Source of the DNA: a virus | DNA: 64,000 nt | Strand: one strand, 5' to 3' | Virus record (IMG/VR): IMGVR_UViG_3300024258_000005 | Shown: positions 18,997 through 28,331 of the stretch, in pieces | Layout of the letters: the number at the start of each line of letters is the position of its first letter | How positions within the stretch are numbered: position 1 is the stretch's first letter | The notes under the pieces: generated by a model | Databases searched by the model: none | Seen by the model: the letters and a program-made list of their open reading frames with translations, nothing else | What the model was told of the DNA's origin: nothing | Program-made: the position numbers and the translations under genes

Positions 18997-19241
18997 GATT
19001 TCTCAATTTGACCAAGAATATCATCATAGTCATCGGCACTTAATTTAGAAGCATCTAATTTAGAATTTTCTTCCATTGCAGTTAAAGTAACTTTTGCCAT
19101 ATTAAATATAGTAGCAGCTGCGTCATTAAAACCAGCATCGTCTAATATATTACCAGCTTGAACTAAATGCCAAATTGAAGCCTTTAATTGTACTTCTAAA
19201 GGCTCATCTTTTAATGGAGTCTCTTTATTTTCTTCATTCAT
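18993..19241 (-). CDS. Hypothetical protein (82 aa)
   Basis: ORF with RBS, overlaps the downstream radical SAM start by 4 nt. Confidence 0.7.
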   Translation of the reverse strand: MNEENKETPLKDEPLEVQLKASIWHLVQAGNILDDAGFNDAAATIFNMAKVTLTAMEENSKLDASKLSADDYDDILGQIEKS

Positions 19242-19251
19242 TTTTATATCC

Positions 19252-19767
19252 TTAAATTTGTATTTTATATTGTTCTGATAATGTTTCTAACACATCTAAC
19301 TTTTGTAAATTATATATTGGAACGTTGTAAGTATCAGCTACACCAATAGCTAAACCCGTTCCACCTGTATCTTTACCGACTTCTTCTTTATTTGTAGCAC
19401 CATCTATAGTCCAACATATTAAGAAATCACTTGGACGATCTAAACCTATTCCTAGAACTTGATGAACATTTCTAGCCATGAGTCTTTTAACTGGTGTTTT
19501 TAAATATTTCCAACTCCGATGATGTTCAGATGCTATATCAAATGCTTGAGGCCAAATATTAAATAAACTTGATGTGTTATTATTAAAACCTTTCCATGGC
19601 AGAAATATATCTTTCTTATCAATATCTTTTTCAAATGCTAAATCTGCTCCATCTGCTCCACCAGATCTTAGAATATATGTATCTTTAAATACTTGTGAGA
19701 AGCTTGACATAAATTCTAAAATTGCTGTTGGAGTCTTTCTTGCGCCTATCCCTGTATAGTAATTCAT
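19252..19767 (-). CDS. SLOG-fold (DprA/YpsA-like) protein
   Basis: YTGIGARKTP, LRSGGADGAD, TGGTG. Confidence 0.75.
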   Translation of the reverse strand: MNYYTGIGARKTPTAILEFMSSFSQVFKDTYILRSGGADGADLAFEKDIDKKDIFLPWKGFNNNTSSLFNIWPQAFDIASEHHRSWKYLKTPVKRLMARNVHQVLGIGLDRPSDFLICWTIDGATNKEEVGKDTGGTGLAIGVADTYNVPIYNLQKLDVLETLSEQYKIQI

Positions 19768-20312
19768 GACTTATATTCTAACGGCATTGTAGCTATGCTA
19801 ATAATATGATCAATTGTTCCATCATCAACATCAACAACAATATATGGAATTGAATTTTTCATTAATAAATGAGCAATTGTATCATCTAAAAGTTTAGCAC
19901 CTTCCAAATCTTGTTCTCTACCATACTCTTCGTATAGAGCTTCTTTATTTCTTCTAAGAAGAATATTAACATTATTATATCTATTAAATTGTTCTTTTAG
20001 ATAAGCATTAAATTCAGCAATTGGTATCTTAGTTTCACAACAATATGACATTCCCATTATGAATGGACTATCATGTACAGCATAATCAACTTTATTAAGA
20101 AGTCTATACATTCTATGATGCTGTTCACCTGCTACCAATAGTTGGTCAGAAAGTCTAAACCAATCTTCTGAATATACTAATTCTTTAGCAAACTCTTGAG
20201 TCATATCAACTTTCTTTCCTAGCATTTTTAATCTATCAAATACAGCAGCAGCTGTTCTACTTTTACCAACTCCTGGGCCTCCGAATAGGTTTATATTTAT
20301 TGCACTTTTCAC
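19764..20312 (-). CDS. P-loop nucleotide kinase / AAA_28 (NadR-like) protein
   Basis: GGPGVGKS Walker A, EFAKEL, HDSP. Confidence 0.75.
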   Translation of the reverse strand: MKSAININLFGGPGVGKSRTAAAVFDRLKMLGKKVDMTQEFAKELVYSEDWFRLSDQLLVAGEQHHRMYRLLNKVDYAVHDSPFIMGMSYCCETKIPIAEFNAYLKEQFNRYNNVNILLRRNKEALYEEYGREQDLEGAKLLDDTIAHLLMKNSIPYIVVDVDDGTIDHIISIATMPLEYKS

Positions 20313-21289
20313 ATATTTTCCTTTTCAAATAAAATTAACAGAGTATGTCGTGTTCTAGATATTAATTCTGTAATCTCTTTATTAATGTACTTGTAGATCT
20401 CACATAACTCAGCGATAGGAGCTTTGTTTTTAATTTGCTCATAAGTACACCCACGATGACAAAATTGACTTATGTCGCATTTATCACACACATCAGTTAC
20501 TATATATTTATTAGTTAATAATGTTGTAGAGTCTCTCTCGAAACGCTCGCATGCAACTATTTTCTTCTGAGGAGTAATTGCCCAGTAGCTTGTTCCTACT
20601 CCACAATCTTCTTGTTCATGACCTTTCATAAAGAATTCTAGAACAGGATTGAGATATGTTTTAATTAATCCTGGTATCTCATTGTAAGTCTTATATTGTT
20701 TAAAGTCACCAAGATAATTAATGTATTTAGTAAACTCTTTATTAAATGTTTGAACTTGTTCATCATTCCATGAACCAATGTCTCTAACAAGAGTCATATC
20801 AGGAACTAATCCTACATCTATAAGAGCTTCGTGTTGTTTAATAAGAATATTATCTTGCATATCAATTCCATTAATCATACAATGACCATGAGTTGCACCT
20901 GCTTCAATTAATGATCGAATATAGATTCGATGATTCCCTCGATGAGCTTCTTGAAAAATACCATCATATGATATAGTGGTTCTAATATTAGGATGCTCCA
21001 CAATTTTTTTAACTGTTTTATTATATATTGTCCCATTTGTAGTTATTACAATTTGAATCAAATTTGGATGAGATTCTAATTTATTTATTATATATTCTAC
21101 AATATCTAATTGTAGAAAAACTTCCCCACCGAATATACTAAACACAAAAGGCTCAGTTAAATTCAACATAAATTCATCAAAGTACGCTTCGTCTAATCTA
21201 AGTTTATTATTGACGTCAACATTACAATATGTACAATTCATATTACATAACTCTGATACCACATAATGCCAATGTTTTACATCTTTCAT
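20309..21289 (-). CDS. Radical SAM/SPASM maturase-like protein
   Basis: CNMNCTYC, FGGE, TTNGT, ISYDG; CGVG...VACERF...CDKC...CHRGC...C. Confidence 0.9.
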   Translation of the reverse strand: MKDVKHWHYVVSELCNMNCTYCNVDVNNKLRLDEAYFDEFMLNLTEPFVFSIFGGEVFLQLDIVEYIINKLESHPNLIQIVITTNGTIYNKTVKKIVEHPNIRTTISYDGIFQEAHRGNHRIYIRSLIEAGATHGHCMINGIDMQDNILIKQHEALIDVGLVPDMTLVRDIGSWNDEQVQTFNKEFTKYINYLGDFKQYKTYNEIPGLIKTYLNPVLEFFMKGHEQEDCGVGTSYWAITPQKKIVACERFERDSTTLLTNKYIVTDVCDKCDISQFCHRGCTYEQIKNKAPIAELCEIYKYINKEITELISRTRHTLLILFEKENM

Positions 21290-21304
21290 TACTAGCCTTT
21301 ATAT

Positions 21305-21495
21305 TATTATTTCTATGGTAATTATTGAATCTCTTTAAAGATAATAATTTTTTTACCCTAAAAGATAATAATTTTTTTTACCCTAAAAGATAATAATTAG
21401 AAAATAATTGCTATCTTTTAGGGTAATTTTTTTAGGTAAGGAAATTCAATACTATAGTCTAAAAATTCTATAGAATTACCCCAAAAGATAGAAAT
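21305..21495. promoter_or_regulatory. Intergenic motif block B
   Basis: ATTTCTATGGTAA 21309-21321; TTACCCTAAAAGATA at 21353, 21378 and inverted at 21412; variant at 21476. Confidence 0.6.
21337..21398. repeat. 24/25-bp direct repeat, about 2.5 copies (AAAGATAATAA-T7/8-ACCCTA)
   Basis: Read directly from the sequence. Confidence 0.9.
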
Positions 21496-21500
21496 TAAAG

Positions 21501-21542
21501 ACAAGAGATGTAGAGGTAAGGATTAAACCTTAACCTCTACAT
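21501..21542 (-). terminator. Hairpin terminator with TCTTGT tail
   Basis: Stem ATGTAGAGGT/ACCTCTACAT enclosing the stop of 21523-23421, then cTCTTGT. Confidence 0.65.
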
Positions 21543-23421
21543 AACCACCTTTCGAAGGAGTAATAGCTATACCAATTAATGGTTCACTACTATAATATGA
21601 ATCTTTAGATTGTGATCTAGTCACACCTATAACTTTTCCGAACTCTTTTGGATCTGGGAAAATATACATACCTCTAACTATATCATGATTTGTCTTAACT
21701 GGGATCCGTCCTTTTAAGGCAACAAAAATATAATCTTTTGTTCTAACTGAAGCATTAAGTTCAAGCCCTGGTGAAGTAGAAACAACACCCGCTAATGGTA
21801 ATTCAGGATTATACAAAGTAACTTCTGTATCTATACCAATACTAAGAACCGTACCTGGCTCATATTGTAAATCACTTTCGTATTTTTCAGCTAAATCTGC
21901 ATACTCTGCAGATGTCGCAACACCTTCAAATTTACCACCATCTGTTTTAAAATCAAATGCTGTAACTCTGCCTGAGAAAGTACCATTTGCACCATTCTTA
22001 AGAGAATATGTATTATTTAAATCTAAATCACCACCTAATAATAATCCACCTGCTGCAGTAATTTTACCAGTACTTGTAAAAGTACCAGCATTTTCAAAAT
22101 TACCATGTACATACATATTTCTCAAAACATCTAAATCTCTTCCAAGATAAGTATCTTTACCAGTTATTTGATGAATCTCATCGTTGAATGTTGCTTCGCC
22201 TGTTAAAGTCATATCACCTGCATTCGTAACAATAAATTTTACATCACCAAGCTTCTCAATAAAAATTGAATTTTCAGTTTGAATGTCACCAACTACTGTT
22301 AAGTATCCACCTACTGTTAAGTATCCACCTACTGTTAAATAATTACCAACTGTAAAGTATTCACTGATAGTACCAAAACCATCAAGTATATTAAGATTAC
22401 CTAATCCAGTAATTTCGATATCTCCAGCTGCTGTAGCGATACCAGTAGTAACATCTAATCGGCCATCACCAGTACTAATATCACCTGTACCTGTACTAAT
22501 ATTACCAGCTCCTGTATTAACAAAACCATTATTAGTTGAAGTAACACCATCTCTAATAAAACTTAAACCTCTAGTAATATCTAAATTACCATTTGAAGCA
22601 ACTATATTACCAATGTCAGTTCTGATTTCACCATCAACTGTTGTAATATGACCTTGTCCACCAACATTAACAAAACCACCACCAGCATTACTTCTAAAAC
22701 CAGTATTAACATGACAATATCCAAGTGAACTTAGAATATTACCGTTTGTTGTTAATGAATTATCTGATGAATTGGTTGAATTAATAGTAACTTTTCCAGT
22801 AGTATCAACTTTAAAAAATGTTTGAACTTCAAATGTTCCAGGTAGATAAACTATATTAAAACGACTAGCATCACCAATAGTTAAAAGGTGAGTATTTTCA
22901 TTCATATTTAAAATAGTTTGATCTTTATACCACATTGATAAAGCATCAATATATAACCAATCTCTATTTACTTGAAGATTTTCTATATCGTAACCTGTTA
23001 AAAGCCCTTCTACATAAGTAGGCGATTTAATAGGACCGGTAAAGTATTCTAATTTTTTTAGATGTAATATTTCAGCAGTATCTTCTATGATGGCATCAGC
23101 TCTACGACTTTCTTTTCGAAGTTGACCTAAAGCAAAATAATTTTTAGATAATTCATCAACTGTTAAATCTTTAAGAGCACCAACATTTATTTCAAGTTGA
23201 AGCATATCAGCTCTAAGTAATTCATTTGAATTATGTGTAACTTCTAATAGTTTTGTAACTATTATTTTGTAATCATTTTCTAGCTTATACGATAATTCGT
23301 CACTCTGCTCATAATAAGCAGCAACATCATTCGTAAGGCCTTGAATATTACTTTTTAATTTAGCCTCGTTAAATTTTAGGGCATTTAAAGTTGCTACTTC
23401 TTGCAGTATTGACTTTGACAT
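21523..23421 (-). CDS. Tail fibre/spike protein with C-terminal peptidase G2-type intramolecular chaperone
   Basis: N-terminal coiled coil, Gly/Thr/Asn-rich beta repeats, then YADLAEKY...GVVSTSPG...VALKGRIPV. Confidence 0.7.
   Translation of the reverse strand: MSKSILQEVATLNALKFNEAKLKSNIQGLTNDVAAYYEQSDELSYKLENDYKIIVTKLLEVTHNSNELLRADMLQLEINVGALKDLTVDELSKNYFALGQLRKESRRADAIIEDTAEILHLKKLEYFTGPIKSPTYVEGLLTGYDIENLQVNRDWLYIDALSMWYKDQTILNMNENTHLLTIGDASRFNIVYLPGTFEVQTFFKVDTTGKVTINSTNSSDNSLTTNGNILSSLGYCHVNTGFRSNAGGGFVNVGGQGHITTVDGEIRTDIGNIVASNGNLDITRGLSFIRDGVTSTNNGFVNTGAGNISTGTGDISTGDGRLDVTTGIATAAGDIEITGLGNLNILDGFGTISEYFTVGNYLTVGGYLTVGGYLTVVGDIQTENSIFIEKLGDVKFIVTNAGDMTLTGEATFNDEIHQITGKDTYLGRDLDVLRNMYVHGNFENAGTFTSTGKITAAGGLLLGGDLDLNNTYSLKNGANGTFSGRVTAFDFKTDGGKFEGVATSAEYADLAEKYESDLQYEPGTVLSIGIDTEVTLYNPELPLAGVVSTSPGLELNASVRTKDYIFVALKGRIPVKTNHDIVRGMYIFPDPKEFGKVIGVTRSQSKDSYYSSEPLIGIAITPSKGGYVEVKV
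22293..22338. repeat. 18-bp coding tandem repeat (LTVGGY), about 2.5 copies
   Basis: CTACTGTTAAGTATCCAC twice plus a partial copy. Confidence 0.9.
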
Positions 23422-23433
23422 TATCCATCCTTT

Positions 23434-23895
23434 TTATATTCCATATGTTTTTGATATATTTTCTATACTTTGAAGAATTATTCTACAAGCTCTAGCAGGC
23501 GATAAATCAACCTGTACTGTATTTTCATTTATAATTGTTATTGGCACTATCGAATTTTGCCATCCAGCTGTTTCCAATACCCAAATATTATATTGAAAAA
23601 ATTCAGTATCTAAATTATGATTAAATATATGTTGTACATTTACAGCACCTTCATACATTACATTATTATCATTTATATTATTTATAACTCTTTCTACTTC
23701 AAGTGAATCAGTTCCAGTTCCAGTTGATAAAGTATCAACTACTGCTAATGCATCTGCTAAGTTATTAACACCTGCTAAGTTACCCACACCAGGCGCAGTA
23801 TTTATTGTATTAGATATTACACTTTTAAATCTAAGGTCTGATGCTTTTACATTTTGAACAATGCCATCTGAATTAGTTACATCTATATATCTCAT
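23434..23895 (-). CDS. Probable small virion protein
   Basis: HNL-type motif (FNHNLDT), beta-rich, lies between fibre genes. Confidence 0.55.
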   Translation of the reverse strand: MRYIDVTNSDGIVQNVKASDLRFKSVISNTINTAPGVGNLAGVNNLADALAVVDTLSTGTGTDSLEVERVINNINDNNVMYEGAVNVQHIFNHNLDTEFFQYNIWVLETAGWQNSIVPITIINENTVQVDLSPARACRIILQSIENISKTYGI

Positions 23896-24305
23896 GCAAA
23901 TACCTCATTATAACCCACGTAATTAAGCGTTAATACTGAGTTATCAGTAATCCATTGACTTGGTATATTTAAAGCTGTAATATCAAAGTATAAGTGATTA
24001 TCAACCATATGCTGAGAAAGTTCCTCATTGATTTCAATATCTCCAATACCATTAAAATATATATTATCTATATAAACTACTTTGTTTGGAAATGGTATAC
24101 TTAGTATACCATCATCGATTGTTAATCCTGTAATAACTTTATCTTTATAATGCACGAAGTCAAATTCTGAGACAAAAGTGTGAAATAATTCCTTAACTGA
24201 TAATCCTTCTAGGCTATCAGTATTCTTAGAGATTATTGTTCCATCTCTAATACCTGAAACAATAGTTCTAACTATTGTTTCATAATTATCTATTATTACA
24301 CTCAT
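23892..24305 (-). CDS. Hypothetical protein
   Basis: 137-aa ORF in the fibre operon. Confidence 0.7.
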   Translation of the reverse strand: MSVIIDNYETIVRTIVSGIRDGTIISKNTDSLEGLSVKELFHTFVSEFDFVHYKDKVITGLTIDDGILSIPFPNKVVYIDNIYFNGIGDIEINEELSQHMVDNHLYFDITALNIPSQWITDNSVLTLNYVGYNEVFA

Positions 24306-24328
24306 AACAATCCTTTCTTTTATTAAAA

Positions 24329-27300
24329 TTATTGAACTATAATATCTACTTTACCTTTAACAACACTACCATCAGATTCATCTGCACCATCTGTACCAGT
24401 ACCGATTGAAATAGTACCATCAGTGATATAATAGTCAAATGTATCATTACCAGTATATCCTAAAGTAGGCTCGTAAACAATTTCACCAGGAACAGCAGGA
24501 ACTTGTCCCATAATACCTTGAGTAAAACTAATTGTACCATGGGCTGGTTGAGTAACTGACATTATTACAATTTCTTCATTACCTGTATGACCATCATTAG
24601 ATAAAGGATTTAAAATATTATTAGCTGAACTAACAGAAACAACATAATTATCAGGAACTGTATAAGGACCAGTAACTTCAACAGTAATAGTTCCAAAACC
24701 AATTTTACCTTCTGTATCTGTAATAGAATATCCGAAGATATCTGGACCAGCATACTCAGTATCAGGAATATATGAAACACCACCTGTAATTGTAATTACT
24801 CCACTTGTTGCACCACCTAATGAATTAAGTAAAGTATAAGCACTCATATCAACATTACCTGGAATCATTGTAAATAGTTTATTATTTTCAACTACAAATG
24901 GAATATTTTGAACACCATCATTTAGTACATAATTTTCTAAATCAATATCATCTAGTATAGTAGGTTCAAATAAGAATCTAGTAGATAATATACTTGTACC
25001 ATGATTTGCATTATTAACAGAATACATACTAATAGTATCACCTGTACCATGACCATCATTAACCATAACATCAATGAATTGAGCACCTGAATTTTTAGAA
25101 ACTATAAATCCATCAGGACTAGTATAAGGACCACAAGGAGAACTAATTAAGTTAGTAGCTAAGCCACCATAAGTAGTTTCAAAATCATCACAACCATATC
25201 TATATGTACCAATTTTTTGATTAGCATAACCGCCATCATCAAAGTTTATATCACCTTCAATAATAGGAGATATATTAGGGAAATATTCAGCACGAATTTT
25301 ATTATATTCAGTTGTATAATTACTAATAAAAGTATTATTTGCTGTCACATAATTTTCAATTCTATTTACTTCACCTAATGCAGAAACTTGTTCGATAATA
25401 GTACTTTGTTCATTATTCTGAACAGCTTCATAAAGAGTCTGAGCTTTAATTAAATCAGAATTTAATCTATTAACTAAAATAAGACGCTTCTGTAATCTAT
25501 CTGTAATATATGTATAGTTAAAGATTACACGTTGGTAATCATCCATCTGAAATATATCTAATTTATTACTATCTGCATTCATAATATTACCAGCAGCTAA
25601 ATCTTTAGTTGTTTCAGCTAAATCAATTGCAGCTGAGTTGTCCCCTAATTCAATAGTATCAATAATATTTTGTTCAGTTTCTCTATCAATTAAAATATCA
25701 ATACCTGCATTATATAAATTCATTTCTTCTAACATAGCTTTTAATTTATTAATCTCAGTTACTTGTGTAAAATAAGATTCTTTTGCTACTAGTTGTGAAT
25801 CACTTATAGTTGTAATATTATCACCAGCTATATCAACAACACTACCAACACCTGAATCATAATTAAAAATATCATTATTTATAAGTTGATAATTTTCAAA
25901 GTTATCAATATTATTATAATCATCTCCAAGCTTATATCTAGCAATTTGCAACTCTAAAGTTAAAATATCAAACTGATTAGTAGTTCCAGATACTTTAAAA
26001 GAAGCAATAAAATTACTCAATTCAGTTTCTTTTGCTTGTAAAAGAATTTCAATATCAGCAATAGATTCATTTATCATATTACGAATATTTTTAAGATTAT
26101 TAAATCCTAGGACATTAGTTTTAATATCTAATTGTTGACCAGTACTAAATGTTCCCATATCTATAAAGTCTAATCCAAGATCAGTATCAATAATATTTTT
26201 AGAATTAAAACCTTCTGCAAAATATTTTACTAAAATATTGTACATTAGATATGTGAATTCATAAGAATACAAAGGGTTTGAATAGTTAAAGAAGAACGCA
26301 TTAACCTCGGGAGCATTGTTATCACCGACACGTATAGTAGTATCTGCAACTTTATTTTGTAATTTAATATTTCTTTCCTGAAGAGTATTAATTTCTATTG
26401 TAGCATTAATAACTGATTCATTTGCTTCATATTCTCTTTGGTATTCATCATATGTTCCAAAAAGACTAATTAAATTTTGTGTACCTATTTCAGCACTATG
26501 GTCAATATTTAAAACAATTTGATTACAAGCTGTAGCATATCCAACTCTAACAGAACTTGGATAATAACGGTTTGAAATTCTACCAGAGCTATCACTTAGA
26601 ACATAGTTATCAATTGTACGAATTTGATTTTGTGATTCAAATAAACTAGTAGCATCTTCTAAGAAGTAATGTGTACCAGGCACCATTGTTAAAAGTTGAT
26701 GATCAGGAGGAAGGTTGTATTTTACAGCATCTAATGTAATATAACCACCAGTATATATTAAGTGATTTCCTTCATTATATTCATTTAAATACATTCCAAT
26801 AACTTGACTAAACTTTTGTCTAGAAGCAACTGATCGTTTATATGTACCGGACTCATCATCAAAGTAACACATATCACCAGAACGAAGATCTTCTTCTTCT
26901 GAGAATTGTGGATCAGATGCTTTATGCAATTGTTCTTCCGCTACGGCAATAAAGTTTGCTGATGTTAATCCCATTGAACTATAAATTGCCCTTGACTGAT
27001 TACCAAAGTATTCGAAAAGTAGTTTATAATTTTGAATATAAAGTTTAGATAAATACTGAGGATCTATACCATTTACAATAGCACCAGGGGTTGCAGGATT
27101 TGATTGAATAATTTGACGAGCTTCTGTATTTTCATCATCTATTATATCAGAACTAGTAGCAAATGTAGCTATCAGTAATCCAGGCTTACCTGAAAATACA
27201 GTAGTTGAATTATTACCATCTAAACTCTTATCATTAAAATCACAACTTACAACATTAGAATCTTCAATACGAGGAAAATGTAAACTTGCATAATCGATAA

Positions 27301-27733
27301 ATCTAATTTTTGCAATATTATCTTGGCGTTGTTCAATATAATCATATTCAATAACTATACCATATTTAGTATCAGGAATAAAATCAGTATTTGAAAATAC
27401 AAAATAAGTATCTTCAAATATATCAATTAGTTGATTATCAACCATACATACACCGGCTTCAATCTTAAATATATTACTAATTACATTTGGGTCAGTTGGA
27501 TACTCACCAGGAATATCAACTTCATTCACTGTTATTCCAAAACCATTAATATATGTTACAACAGTTTCTCTAGCAGGAGTATTTCTAAATGTTGAAAATG
27601 TTCTAGCAACCATTCTTAAATAATCATTTTGTTTTCTATCGTTTGGTCCTAAACCATGCTTCTGATAAGTACCTTGTTCAGAAGTGGTAGGATTAATATT
27701 AGTTTGTATTCCATTAATTGACAAGATTGGCAT
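24329..27733 (-). CDS. Large virion protein with coiled coils and two C-terminal Ig-like (Big_9/cadherin-like) repeats
   Basis: NDGHGTGD...ANHGT...YIPDTEYAGPDIFGYSITD and NDGHTG...PAHGT...YEPTLGYTGNDTFDYYITDG. Confidence 0.7.
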   Translation of the reverse strand: MPILSINGIQTNINPTTSEQGTYQKHGLGPNDRKQNDYLRMVARTFSTFRNTPARETVVTYINGFGITVNEVDIPGEYPTDPNVISNIFKIEAGVCMVDNQLIDIFEDTYFVFSNTDFIPDTKYGIVIEYDYIEQRQDNIAKIRFIDYASLHFPRIEDSNVVSCDFNDKSLDGNNSTTVFSGKPGLLIATFATSSDIIDDENTEARQIIQSNPATPGAIVNGIDPQYLSKLYIQNYKLLFEYFGNQSRAIYSSMGLTSANFIAVAEEQLHKASDPQFSEEEDLRSGDMCYFDDESGTYKRSVASRQKFSQVIGMYLNEYNEGNHLIYTGGYITLDAVKYNLPPDHQLLTMVPGTHYFLEDATSLFESQNQIRTIDNYVLSDSSGRISNRYYPSSVRVGYATACNQIVLNIDHSAEIGTQNLISLFGTYDEYQREYEANESVINATIEINTLQERNIKLQNKVADTTIRVGDNNAPEVNAFFFNYSNPLYSYEFTYLMYNILVKYFAEGFNSKNIIDTDLGLDFIDMGTFSTGQQLDIKTNVLGFNNLKNIRNMINESIADIEILLQAKETELSNFIASFKVSGTTNQFDILTLELQIARYKLGDDYNNIDNFENYQLINNDIFNYDSGVGSVVDIAGDNITTISDSQLVAKESYFTQVTEINKLKAMLEEMNLYNAGIDILIDRETEQNIIDTIELGDNSAAIDLAETTKDLAAGNIMNADSNKLDIFQMDDYQRVIFNYTYITDRLQKRLILVNRLNSDLIKAQTLYEAVQNNEQSTIIEQVSALGEVNRIENYVTANNTFISNYTTEYNKIRAEYFPNISPIIEGDINFDDGGYANQKIGTYRYGCDDFETTYGGLATNLISSPCGPYTSPDGFIVSKNSGAQFIDVMVNDGHGTGDTISMYSVNNANHGTSILSTRFLFEPTILDDIDLENYVLNDGVQNIPFVVENNKLFTMIPGNVDMSAYTLLNSLGGATSGVITITGGVSYIPDTEYAGPDIFGYSITDTEGKIGFGTITVEVTGPYTVPDNYVVSVSSANNILNPLSNDGHTGNEEIVIMSVTQPAHGTISFTQGIMGQVPAVPGEIVYEPTLGYTGNDTFDYYITDGTISIGTGTDGADESDGSVVKGKVDIIVQ

Positions 27734-28267
27734 TTATTGTCCTTTTATTTTATCTTTTGCTATATTTTTTTCTAAAGAAGAATTATAAACTTCAAGTATG
27801 TCAATTAATTCTAGTTCGATTTGACCCAGAAGTTTGTAAACAACTGGAGTACTAATTGTAAATATTAATTCATTTAGTACATTTAGATATTGTGAGTAAT
27901 GAGATAGATTTGCAATTAAATCCATATTCTCAGCACTTGTATCGTTCTTTATATTATCTTGAAGAATATCTATCTTTCCAGATAAATCAATAAGCTTATC
28001 ATATAAAGTGAACTGAAGAAATTTATCTTCAGTTCCTTCTAATTCATATGTAAACAGTTCTTCTTCTGTTGGCTGAACTTCTTGACCTTCTTCTTCTTCA
28101 GGTGCATCTTCCGCCGATTCTTCAGGTGCATCTTCCGCCGATTCTTCAGGTGCATCTTCCGCTGATGCATCTAATTCATCGTCTGAATTTAGTTCTTCAG
28201 CCTCTAACAGTAACAACAAAGGAAGATTAACCTCTTCCAATATTAGTCTCTGATTATAATTTAACAT
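27734..28267 (-). CDS. Acidic protein, ILE-leader family member
   Basis: MLNYNQRLILEE N-terminus; ESAEDAPE repeats. Confidence 0.75.
   Translation of the reverse strand: MLNYNQRLILEEVNLPLLLLLEAEELNSDDELDASAEDAPEESAEDAPEESAEDAPEEEEGQEVQPTEEELFTYELEGTEDKFLQFTLYDKLIDLSGKIDILQDNIKNDTSAENMDLIANLSHYSQYLNVLNELIFTISTPVVYKLLGQIELELIDILEVYNSSLEKNIAKDKIKGQ
28094..28165. repeat. 24-bp coding tandem repeat, 3 copies (SAEDAPEE)
   Basis: TTCTTCAGGTGCATCTTCCGCCGA twice plus a copy with one mismatch. Confidence 0.95.
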
Positions 28268-28302
28268 TAATCATCCTTTCTTGTTATTTATTTTATATCT
28301 AG

Positions 28303-28311
28303 TATTTGTTA
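28303..28311 (-). promoter_or_regulatory. TAACAAATA motif (candidate late promoter)
   Basis: Exact, 36 nt upstream of ATG 28267. Confidence 0.55.
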
Positions 28312-28331
28312 GAGACCTAAGTCCCTAACGT

